Below, one piece after another: positions 46,537-59,100 of a stretch of 64,000 nucleotides of DNA (positions are counted from its first letter, which is position 1; every line of letters begins with the position of its first letter). The stretch is from Hormiphora californensis (Eukaryota > Animalia > Ctenophora). Position numbers and translations under genes: made by a program. The DNA lies in contig CM035354.1 of NCBI GenBank assembly GCA_020137815.1, positions 2,666,001 to 2,730,000 on the forward strand, written 5' to 3'. Below the pieces are notes generated by a model. That model made no database searches, was not told the DNA's origin, and worked only from the letters and a program-made list of their open reading frames with translations.

Positions 46537-47137
46537 TGTGTGTGTGTGTGTGCTGTTTTATGCCGTGGCGACCCCTCTTTATAACATGCCGCCTTCTCGC
46601 CCTGATGGGTCAGTTCTCGCCCCAGCTTTACTGATGGGTCAGTTGAAGAGACAATTGGAGATAATGGACACTTTACTAGATTTTATGCCCGGACAATATA
46701 ATATGAAATATAATACGCGAGATTGAACGGTGCAGTTTCACCTGTGCGTATGTGTGTGTGTGTGTGAGAGCGAGCGAGAGTGCAGAATATATCAACAAGT
46801 GTAGTATGATTGTACCACGATGAGCGTGTGTTGTACTTGTGTTGTTTTTGTGGGAGAATTGCTGTTGTTTTGATTTGGACACACACTATGATGTGGAGAT
46901 GATATATATTCATTATGTCATTGTGATTCGGTATGCGGTGCAATATATGATGTGTGCTGTTTATATGTTTGTGCACGGTGTCAGCTGCACATTCAGTGAA
47001 CAACTGTGTGCGAGAGTGTGAGTGCGAGATACACTATCAATGTATAAAGAAATTATTTTTAACATTTTGTTAAAAAAATTAATGTGTTTAACTTGGTTTG
47101 GATATAAAATCTGGATCGAATTGTACTGGGTAAGGTG

Positions 47138-47246
47138 CAGGAACCGACCGAATCAAGAAATACTGGTCCCTGATTGGCTGATAACCAGTCACGTGACCCA
47201 AATAACGAGTTCTGATTGGTTGTTTACTTGTTTCGGTCGGTTGCTG
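47138..47246 (-). mobile_element. hAT-like MITE, 109 bp, TSD GTAAGGTG
   Basis: Inverted copy; TSD at 47130-47137 and 47247-47254. Confidence 0.93.
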
Positions 47247-47608
47247 GTAAGGTGTTATTTCAGTCAGATTCATTGAGATTCAGAAGCCGCGAGAGCAGCT
47301 GTCGTATCATGGTAAAATATGAGCATGGGGTTAAACCTTACTCTTAGGGCGTTCTCATGGTAGTTCGGTGAAACCTAACCGGAACCTGTCGGGCGACCCG
47401 ATCTGATAATCAAAACGGGGTCTGGCCTAATCAGAATCAGTAACTGTCAGCGGGATACCCTGTCAGAGCATTGGCCTGACCCATTCTCGTTTCTCTCAAA
47501 AAGCGCGCGAGAACTGTGGTCAGAGCATTGGCCTGACAGGGGATACCTGATAGCTCTCATTGTTGAGTCGCTCAAAATAGAACCTACTGTGAGTGCACTC
47601 ACATGTGA

Positions 47609-48267
<659 letters not shown>

Positions 48268-48484
48268 CACAAGATAAATAACGATATAGTGGTTCTAAAT
48301 CAATAAATTTACAAGGAGGACAGGGAAATATTGAAATACCGCTGTACCGATATAACAGGTGACCAATGACAGCCTACTCTCAGTCCACTCTCACAAATCA
48401 CAGTCTCTCAAATTGATACCAGTTCAACCTGTGCTAGTTCAACTTATGCAGTCCGAATACAGATCTCTCCGCTCGAAAGGACTC

Positions 48485-49860
48485 TCATCTATCAATCATG
48501 TACTCTGCATTGTAACAGCTATTCTCATGGCCGGGGAGAGAGTTGATGAAATATTTGAACTCCTCCTTCACATCCTTTAGCCTGTCCTCGGCAGCCACTC
48601 GGGCATGTGCCTCGGCCTCTAGTTTCAAGCGGACTCGTTCAGTTTCCTCCTTCTCGCTTTGCACCGCAACTTTGTATCTGGATATCTGAAAAAGAAGCGG
48701 ATTGAGAGAGTGAAAAAAAGAAACTAAAGGCCTAAAGGAATGTCTGTGAAGGGAGAAAGAGAGAGAATCGAATCTCTGTACCCTGGATTTAAATCCCTAA
48801 ACGTGATAATACCTCATTGTCGTGATCGATCTTCACAGCCGTGAGTCTCTCCATTGCCTCGGCTTCAGTCTTTGATATCGCCTCCACCACTCGTTTCTCC
48901 ATCTCTACCCTCAACTTGCCCTCCAGCTCCGCCAATGCTTCCCGTTTCACCTGATTCAGTCTCTCAACCTCAGCCTCCCTCTCTCCAGTCATCTTCTTCT
49001 CAAGATCAGCTAACTGACCCTTGGCAGTCTCCCTCTCCTCCTCCCTAGCTACTGCCACTGCTGTCTCCCTCTCACTGTCAGCAGCCTTGTTTACCTTCGC
49101 CAGGGTCTCCTCCAACCTTCTCTCTCCATAATCCTTCTCAAACTTGGCGGCAGTGTCCAACTTTCCCTGCCAGCTCTCACTGTTTGCTTGTAGAGCCTGT
49201 TGCTGGGCTAGATCACACCGTCCCTGGAGATCCTCGAGACACTGCTCCTGCAGTCTGGCACACTTCTTAGAGAGTTTCTCAAGTGCAATGGCCTTGGCCC
49301 GCTCCCCCGCGAGCCGCATATCCTCCACCGCCTCCTCGATAGCTCGTTGTCGTTCATGTTCCTCGTGATCCAAAGTTTTGGTGAGGATCTCCGCTCCAAG
49401 GTCTGGGGGGAGGGGGAAACGGTTTATATTGGTTTATATATTGGGTAAATTTAAAAATGGTGCTGAATAGTGAATGGGCATCTGGGGGAATTGGGAAATC
49501 TGTAGACTGAACCCTAAAAAGCTTTCTGATACCTTAAATCCATTGAATGAGTCAAATGAAAATGTTCCAATGATTTTAACATGTGTTCTAGGAAAGTAAA
49601 CCAGTGAATGAATTCTTGGTCAACAAGAATAACAAATCGGTTAAACCATGATATTGATCACACAAGCAACCGCTTTTAGTCAGGAACCGACCGAAACAAG
49701 TAAACAACCAATCAAAACTCGTTATTTAGGTCACGTGACTGGTTATCAGCCAATCAGGGACCAGTATTTCCTGGTTCGGTCGGTTCCTGCTTTTAATCTT
49801 ACTTAGGATGGAGTTGTGAGTATAGGTCTGTGTAACGCCATAAGGATCAAACTCAGCCAT
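48485..49860 (-). CDS. C6orf163-like coiled-coil protein, 282 aa, 3 exons
   Basis: Exons 49860-49803, 49402-48813 and 48685-48485 splice in frame. YTHNSILNLGAEIL, AVAVAREEER and FKYFINSLPGH resemble C6orf163 motifs as I recall them. Confidence 0.8.
49681..49789 (+). mobile_element. hAT-like MITE, 109 bp, TSD CTTTTA(G/A)T
   Basis: Full TIRs; 8-bp TSD with one mismatch. Confidence 0.92.
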
Positions 49861-50313
49861 AATACACTCGATTTAACGTAGACAAGGGTCCTATACGACA
49901 AAACACAAACGAAGCTCAGAGAAATGAGTGTGTGTGTGGATATGACAAGCAGCTCAAAGAATCGTTAGATGTGCAGCTGGGGTCAAGTTTACAAGTGCTC
50001 TCCTACTGAGATTTTCATAAGCATACACAGGGAGAAAACGGAGAGAGAAGAACTGAGATTCTCTGTGTGGCTGTATGATATGCCTGTAGCGTTTTATTAC
50101 AAACCCAGTCAAAGTGAAGTAACAGCGTTGCTATGGGAACTGAGACCTCCTTTCATGCGGCGACGCTAAAGGTTATCAGCTATATCACATATTATACTGT
50201 ATACTCTTCCCTTTTCTCCCGAATAAATTCATTTATGACAACTGAATGAATGATTTAATTTAGAATTGAGTTATTAATTCAACAAATGATCATCTCAAAA
50301 TCTCAAATTCACA

Positions 50314-51396
50314 TCACGTTTCTTTTGACCTCTGTTTCGCGAGAAACCTCTGAGACAGGATCACACTCCTACTGTTCTGAACAAATAAAGACTGCGCCCT
50401 GGGACGATCACTCCCTGAACCTGACAATGATTCAACATTTACAAAGTTCTTGTCCGCCTGCCGGAAACTAGTGGATCGTCGATTAGAAAACTCGACTACA
50501 GCAGTTGTTTTCCGACCCACGTAGTTCCTAAACTGTCTGTTTCTGAAGAAGAGAAGGATGGGATTTGCTGCAGAGTTCAATGCGATACAAATGACATAGT
50601 TCAGCGTCCACATGTACCAATATTTGTACTGGCTCCCCGGGTCCACCTCTAACTTGTCCAACATGTATATCACCCAGGCCACAAAGATGGGTAGGTTGAA
50701 TACTATGTACAGCATTGTAAAGAGCACTATCGTGATAGTAGCATGTGATTTCCCCTGCATACTCCTCCCTCCCTTCCCCCGCCTCATGGTACCATTCTTT
50801 AACCTGACCACACTCCGAGACCCCTGAATCCCAGGCGTTTTGATGCGCGTCAGTACCAAGACAGACACGAGACAACTCAGGAAAATGGGAATAATGGGGA
50901 GGGCAAGTTGCAGAACTCCAGTGGCGATGTCATAGTAACTGTACCACCCAGCAGACTCCCCCTCCCAACAATACACATCCCCTTTAGTGTAGATAAAGTG
51001 GCTGAACCCGGAGAGAAAGGGAATCACACTCCGAGCCACGATGTAGACGTAGTAGAATGTCACGATATAGTAGACCACCCTCTTGTTAATTCGCTGCATG
51101 GGCCAAACTAGGACAATAGTCCGGGTTATACTCAGAATGGCCACCAGGAACACAGAGATAAAGGGGATGACAGCCCATGCTAGACCCCAACCCTGGCAGA
51201 AGAAATGACTGGAAAATAGAGATTTACTACGACCTCGAACAAGAGAAACCCCGTTAGGAATTACAGTTAGCGTGGTTATCAGATCATTAAATGAGATGAG
51301 ACGGTATATCAGGGTTGGAAGATCCAGCTTCTGGACCAGGAAATGCTTCATACAAAATTCCCGGGGTCCCAAAACCCCGTCGGGAAACAATGACAA
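50314..51396 (-). CDS. Rhodopsin-like (class A) orphan GPCR, no introns in the visible part; N-terminus and TM1 obscured by low-quality sequence
   Basis: TM2 ISFNDLI, TM3 C...ILSITRTI, ECL2 Cys, TM5 LPIIPI, TM6 FNLP, TM7 NSAANPILLF. Confidence 0.9.
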   Translation of the reverse strand: MSLFPDGVLGPREFCMKHFLVQKLDLPTLIYRLISFNDLITTLTVIPNGVSLVRGRSKSLFSSHFFCQGWGLAWAVIPFISVFLVAILSITRTIVLVWPMQRINKRVVYYIVTFYYVYIVARSVIPFLSGFSHFIYTKGDVYCWEGESAGWYSYYDIATGVLQLALPIIPIFLSCLVSVLVLTRIKTPGIQGSRSVVRLKNGTMRRGKGGRSMQGKSHATITIVLFTMLYIVFNLPIFVAWVIYMLDKLEVDPGSQYKYWYMWTLNYVICIALNSAANPILLFFRNRQFRNYVGRKTTAVVEFSNRRSTSFRQADKNFVNVESLSGSGSDRPRAQSLFVQNSRSVILSQRFLAKQRSKET

Positions 51397-54300
51397 ACCC
51401 GGGGTTATGTCGAAAGGGGGGTGATTTTTGGGAGGGGTTTTTGGGGGGGGGGTTGTCTTTCCTGTTTTTTCTCCCCTTTCTCTCTGGGGGTGTCTGGGTT
51501 TGGGACAAAAAAAATCTTGGGGGGTTTGATTTTTCTAATGGGGAGCCACCGTAATAGGGAAATTTGGTAAAAAGGAAATTGGGTTTTTTTTTAAAAAATT
51601 GGGCCCTTTACAGGGTCATAAAAAGTTAATCTCTTATTGTGATCTTAGATTTGTTCGAAACCGTTTTTAACCTTGATGGAATTTTAGATGGTACCTAGCA
51701 CCCTCTCATCTTAAAATACAAAATAAAAATTTCAGGCCCTTTTTTTTATTTGGTACACACTCCTGTTTCTTTTTAGAAATTATCGATTGGCTTTTGTTTT
51801 TTGGCCGATATTTATTAGCGATACCCGAAAGATCAAGGGGATCAATGAACGTGTTAATTTTAATTAGCTAATTTAAAAAACTCTGATTTTGGAAATGGGA
51901 TACTTTTTTTTACTGAAATGGGATAAAAACCCTTTTACCAAAATTTTTACTATCCCTTTTCCAAAACATGTTTTTGAAAAATGGGATACTAAAATTTTGG
52001 CTGTTTAAAACGGTCATTTTTAAACGCAAACTTCTCATTACGATTTTTAAATATAGCCTATTTCGTTCATAATTTCGAAAAAACTTGTATTCCTCTGAAA
52101 AGAATGCTCGAGTGACAACTGCAGAATACGACTACACGTTGTGGATAAAATTTTAAATTCTCATTAATCTAATCTTCTATTATAGATCACACCAAAAAGG
52201 GTTTCTGGTATCCGTGTAGCTTTCTTGGGTTAGCAATTACTTAATATTATCCCACATTTATGTGTTAACGATCAACTCTTTGGTCCCCAATTCTTTAGCA
52301 ATTTTAGAGAATTTCTAAAGTTGGAACTTAGACCTGCTAACTTAAAAATAACGGTAGAACCCCGCTAGGGAAAAGAAACCCATTCAAAGCTTTTTTAAAC
52401 CCCCCCTGTTGAACTTAGTAAATGTAAAATGAGGCTTTAAGGGACCCGTTGGTGAAGAATTAGGTAGCTTGTTCCTAACTTTTCATGATTTTACGGCTGC
52501 CGGCTATTTAAGGGCCTTCAGACCATTTCTTTTTTATAAACAAACTTAAATACCATTACGAACTAATTTAATCCAAGCAAAATGCAACTTAAAGTTACCA
52601 TATTTTGAGGAAAATTAATTTTTAAAAAAGGGATACCAATTTTTTTATATAAGGGAACCCCATTTTCTTAAAATGGGTACCCTTTCACCAAAAAAATTCC
52701 ACTGCAATTTTTTAAAGGTATAGGGGAAGTGCCAATCCCCTTTTTGGGGACTTCTTTGGGGGTTTTTGGGGGGTTATGTGTTAGCCGGGTCCAATAAGGC
52801 AAAACCTAGAAACGGGGACTTTTGTCATCTAAAAAAAATTTGGGCCCAAAAATTTTGACCCCATTTTACCTTGGCCCCCCTACCCGTTTTGGGTAAAAAG
52901 AAAGCTGGGGCACTATCGTTCCAAAAAATTTTTTCGTTACTCACGAACTCAGAAAAGGTTTATGAAGCTGGAAAAACACATTTCCAAAAAACCACGGGGA
53001 AAATCTGCAACAAACAACAGGATTCCCCCCATCCTATGTTCAACCCCTAAAAAAGGAAAATTTCTAAAAAGATACTGTAGCGTCGGCTGCTATGCCACTT
53101 TTTTTTAAACATGGGGGTCCCCAGAAAGAGATCTCATCCCCTCCCATGTTTTTGTTAATTGCGCTAAAATTAAAAAAACCCCCAAAAAACCATTATAAAA
53201 AAATCTCCCAAGGCCACTAATACAAATTCAAGTAGGTTGGCCGAATGTAGCCTATTGTACTGATGAGTCGCCCGGAATAGAGATCCTATAAGCTGGGGGA
53301 CATGAGAGCGACCGGAAATTCAGGATAATAATACAATAACAAAGATAGGGGAGTCAATTGTTCGCACTTCACTTTTTTCTCAGGCCCCAACAACCGGTGT
53401 AGCTCAAACTGTCTACTAGAGCCCTTTGTTCTTTTTAAAAATCACCGTACACATCTCAATCTTCCAATTTTCCTCTCTCCCCCCTCCCCTCCCCCCTCCC
53501 CCTCCCCTCTCCCCGCCCCCCTCCTTTTCCCCAATCTCTCTCTTCCCCCCCCGCCCCCCCCCCTTCCCTCTCCCCCTCTCTCCCTCTCTCCGCTCTCTTG
53601 TCTAAATTTTTTAAATTTTCCCCCCCCCCACAAACCAAAATACAATACAAGCTGCGCGAATAAGGAAAACAAATTCCTCCCCCTGGGAAAAATCTGCTCT
53701 CACGTCTGGCTATTCTGATATTTAGCCCAAACCCCGTTAGAAGTGCACGTGAAAATTTTGGGAGAGAGGGGAAGAAGAGAGAGAGGAGAGAGGAGAGGGG
53801 TTCTAGCTCGTCTTCAATTTAAAAACCTAACCCCTAGAGGGGCTGGGGGGGCTTCCTCTACCCTCTCTCGCTTCGCTTCTCTCTCTTCTCTCTACTCGCA
53901 GCCCTCCCCCTTAACTCTCCCTTTCCCCTTCTCTTTTTTACCCCGGGTTCCTTTCCTTCCCTTCTTTCATTTGATCTCTCTGGATGTGTCATTAAACTAC
54001 CTTGCACCGATCTACTCTTTTAATAAACCGACAATAATAATTTAGCACAAATAGGAACTGTTGCTGAATAATTACAAAGCGACATGTCTAATAAATAACA
54101 AATAACTAGCAAAATATTTTTTAATTTTGGGTCAAAGAACTCCCGGACGTACTTAAAATTTTTGAAGTTCATATCCCAAACCTAAACTCAAAAAGGGTTT
54201 GGTCACTTCCACCCCTTCGTTCCATACGTAAAAAATTAGTAATAGAAATGATATAACCTGAAAAAAACCATAAAAAAGTAACAACTCTACGCCTTTTTTC

Positions 54301-56125
54301 CCAGTTTAGACGGTACCCCGACCCCCTCCTTGGACTTAAACTGACATTATTCAAAACTGCTCCCCATGCCCCCAGGGGGGAAAAAACCCAAGAGAAAAGG
54401 CAATAGAAAGGCCGGTTTTGGCCCTTAAATTAGGACCATTTTCAATTAAATTTTCCAAATTTAACTGCTCTTCCTGCTCTTGCCTCATGACATAATACAT
54501 TGAAAAAAAGTTTTTGAAAACTGGGGTTTATTAAAATTTAAAATAAAGGAATTGAGGAAAATTAATATGCGGTAAAATTAACCGGGGGAAAGGGTTTAAT
54601 TGAGGGAAATGTGGCTTTTTTCTATCCCCCGTGAAACTACAACTTTTTGAACAGAGTCAGATTGGTGTTTTTGTGGGGTGTGTAATTAAAAAAATAGACC
54701 AGATCCGGCGCCCCGTCAAAAGCATTGGCCTGTCACCAAATCTAAAGATTGATTATTATCACTTTAACCAAAATCAGGAGATACTGATGAAACATAGAAG
54801 AAAAACGAGTAGGAGCTTCAAAATAAAGGAATTTAAAAATATTGATTTTTTTCATCTAAGCACATTTTCCCACCGCGAAAATTACAATGACTCATTCCCC
54901 GGTTATCGTCTATGACGTCATACATACACAAAATTGAGGGTAATTGATTTTTCCACCGATTTTTTACCCTTTAAAATTTTCAAAGGGGATTGTGGCTATA
55001 GGGGGCCAAAAAAAGTCCAACATATTACACCTGGGGGCGGGACAGCCCCAACACATGCCCAATGTAAAAATGTTGAGGAAAATGTTGAAAATGGAAACAT
55101 GATCGATTGATCGTACATTATAGTTATTTTTTGTCTATTCTGGGGTCACCCAATTTACCATTTTCCCCGTTTTAAAACCCCGTATTACTGAAATATATTT
55201 CGACGGTGGTCTGAAGTTAAAAAATACTACTGCCCCCTCGTTAAGTGCGAAACTCACAAAAACCCGGTACTAAAAAAGGAGAGGTGGGGGGAAAATTTTT
55301 GAGGAGGGAAGAGGGCCCCCCCCCCCCCCCCCGGGGGGGGGGGGGGAAAAAAACCCCCCCCTTTTTTTCTTTTTTTCCCTTTTCCCCTTCTATCTGGTGT
55401 TTATCAAAATTTCCCCGTGACCCTTTTCCGTTCCTTTTTTTTGGGTAAAAAATTTTGAGCATAAAAAATTGTCTTTGCCACAAAGCTGTTACAGCAAAAC
55501 CCGCTTTCCCCCCCCAAATATCGTCTCCTGGGGTTTTACCCCCGCGGGTGTCAGATTTTTTGAGGGGGGAGATGTCTCTCCCCCTACTTTCTACTGAGAG
55601 AGTCCTAGTCTATAGAGACCCCCCTTTTACCCCCCCTGAATTTTTCCTCACTGGGGAAGAGACCCCTTTCCCCCCTTAGGGGGGGGAGGTCTTCACCGGT
55701 TAATGGGAGAGTCTCTAGTCGATGAAGTCACCCCTTCTCCACCTCAACAAGTTGTGCCCTGTCATGGTTGAAGTGTGTCATGTCCCCTTACAGGGCTGAA
55801 GAAGAAGTGTGTCATGAAGGCTGTAGGATAAATTCAATTTCTACGTCGCAGTTAATTCTCTAAATCATCCAACTAGCCCCTGCAACTTTCTATGTGACAG
55901 GATTATGTCTCTTTCTATAGCTACATACACACACATAGGTTCTTTCTTCTGTCGCCGTTTGTTTCTCGGTCAAGTTTTTAGATTCGATAGTTTATGAAGA
56001 GTCATGACTCTTCAGAAGCTGTTCATGTTCCTTAGTTTGGTTGCACCATAATTTGAGTGATTGAGTTCATGTCACATCCCTTTTAAACTGTACCCAGTAT
56101 AATTTACACTTCAGCCAAGTTGAAC

Positions 56126-59100
56126 ATGGTTTCCAGTAAACCTGGGGAGTGGTTCGCACAGGCTCGATTGTTCATCAATGAAAAACTCTCCCCATCTGCA
56201 CCACCTGAACCTGCTACAACAAGACCAGGAAGTAATACAACGCCTAGAACTGGGAGAGTGGGTCCGGCATCTAAATCACCTGCTAAATCACCCGCTAAAT
56301 CACCTGCTAAATCACCTGCTAAATCACCTGCTAAATCACCTGCTAAATCACCTGCTAAATCACCTGCTAAATCACCTGCTAAATCACCTGCTAAATCACC
56401 TGCTAAATCACCTGCTAAATCACCTGCTAAATCACCTGCTGGCAAGAAAAAGCCTGTCAAAACGACACCGAAGAAGGTACTAGGAGTTATATCAGGAAGT
56501 TCAGGAAGTTCAAGACCCTAAAAACTTCCACTTTTTCAGCCACAGCCATCACCCCGGCCCTCTCCCCGGGTAAATAAAGTAACACCAGAACCACCTCGGA
56601 GGCCCAGTAGAGTTAGCAAAACGGAGTACAGTGGCCGGCCACCGCCTTACAGCAAGCTAGCCGTCAAGAAGAAAAAGAAACCAAAGACAACATCGGAGAG
56701 AATTCTTGCGGTAAATTAGTCTAAAAACTGGCATGTTTAGTGAATCATCGATGATGTAGCCTTTGTCATTTGTGTCACAAAGGTCAAAGTTTGTACCTAG
56801 CCTAACCAAATCACATGACTGATGACTTCCCCCCCCCCCTCTACAGATGGTATTGAGGTACAAACTGGCAACATCTATAGCATCTATATTCATTCTCCTT
56901 GCTCTGGCATTGGTTCTCTTCCTGGTACTGGTGGTCTTTAAAACAGCAGTCGAAGCTGGAATCCTCGACCCTCCCAGTCCGGAGAGGGCTGATACAGTAG
57001 GACTGGGTCGGTCCTTCTACCTACCCAACACCAAACTAATGGGAGATATCGGGGGAGGTAAATATAGGAGCCCAATATTATTTGGTCGTAGGGTTACTGG
57101 GCCTTTCAGCGCGAGATAGAACAAGCTTAAATCTTTGGTAAACTGAACTGCACTGCTATGCTTATAAGTTGAAGTATAGCACTCATCCTGAATTCTATTT
57201 TGTTGCCTAGGAACGAAGGTATTCAAGAAGGTTCACCCAAACTGTTTCAAAGCAAGAAACTCATCTATAGATAAAGTAGAAACGACAAACTACGAGAGGA
57301 CTGAATCGTTCATGACGTAATTAATATGCTAATTAGAACTAATTTGTAGTCTACATTGTACGAACTTTGCTGTCGATTGTAGAATCTACAGTCTACAATA
57401 GCCCGTGCTATTGATATTTTTCTCGGCCCCTGCTTAGCCACAATTATGGACTGGAAGATCTGAAAAAATAGCACGGCCTAGACTCTACAATCAACACCAA
57501 AGTTTGTTTTGTACTACACTGAATACATCAATAAAGTTTGATGTGATCATGCCCTACTCAATTACAGCTCCCAGATTTCTTTATCCCCATATCCCATGCA
57601 GTAAGATAGGTACAGAGACGGGACTAGATGGTAAAGTTGTATCTGGCTTTACTCTCGGTGCCTCCGTCCAGGCAGCCACCAACTCGGTCGATAAACAGGA
57701 GCTAAATGTGAAGGGACTCAGTCTGGACGCCTACTCTTTCGACCAATACTGGGAGTTCAATCAGGATTGTTTGATCTGGGCGGAACTTAGTTATGAGGTT
57801 CAGGAAGCTTTCGAGAACCTACCCGCTGTGGTAAGTATGGAGAGAACCTACCCGCTGTGGTAAGTATGGAGAGAACCTACCCGCTGTGGTAAGTATGGAG
57901 AGAACCTACCCGCTGTGGTAAGTATGGAGAGAACCTACCCGCTGTGGTAAGTATGGAGAGAACCTACCCGCTGTGGTAAGTATGGAGAGAACCTACCCGC
58001 TGTGGTAAGAATGGAGAGAACCTACCCGCTGTGGTAAGTATGGAGAGAACCTTCCCGCTGTGGTAAGTATGGAGAGAACCTACCCGCTGTGGTAAGTATG
58101 GAGAGAACCTACCCGCTGTGGTAAGTATGGAGAGAACCTTCCCGCTGTGGTAAGTATACTGCTGCAGAGAACCTACCCGCAGTGGTAAGTTTACTGCAAC
58201 AGCAGAATCTGTTTCAGCCAATGGTATTACTATTACTTATAACGTGGTCGACACTCGTGCGTAGGGTCTCCGAAAGGGGCTCATGGCAACTGCTCAGTGC
58301 TCAAATCAAATCAAAAAGAATTCAGCGTGTTTTAAATTGACTGGGCCATTATTATATCCAAACCAAATAATTACACCATTGTTTAGATAATGCAGCCGCA
58401 CAGAAGACGAAGTTGGGAAGACTACAGTATCTTCCTTCAAAAGTTTGGGTCTCACATCGCAAAACGAATCACCCACGGGTCACGTATCACCCGCTACGTC
58501 TTCTCCAAATCAACCGAGCGAATTAAACAGTCTGACTTTAGTGTCAAGGTACAGTAAACAGAGGCAGATAAATTAGGGGTTGACTAAAAAGGTAGATACA
58601 ACATTTCTACGGGGAAGAGACAAAATACAGTCCTGTATGGCCATACCCCCATTTGATTCTTAGATGGGGTCGGCGCCGCCAGACAGAGATCCAGTCAAAC
58701 CTTGATTAACCGGACTCCTTGGGGGGGGGGGGGGGTTGCACGGTAAATAAATGTAGAGGTTAACCGAGGTCTGGTAAATCGTACACCTTTCCTGCTCTGC
58801 TGTTTTGTATTAATTATTGTTGCTTATAATTAATTAATTGCTGTTGTATTAATTATTGTTGCTGTAGTAACACAATTGTTTGCAGGTATGTGCTGATCTC
58901 CAGTACGCCAACGCATTTGGAAGTCTCTGTCAGGGGTACACGGAGGAGGACTACAGTAGGGTTGCAAACTTCCAGACTCAGGAGACAACGACTGTAAGGG
59001 GAGGAAGTGACGAAGTGAGAGCTGAACTAGCGGTGAAGATGAATGATACTCTTATCAAGGTATAATACTAATAATAATAATATCAAGGTAGAGAGTCATG

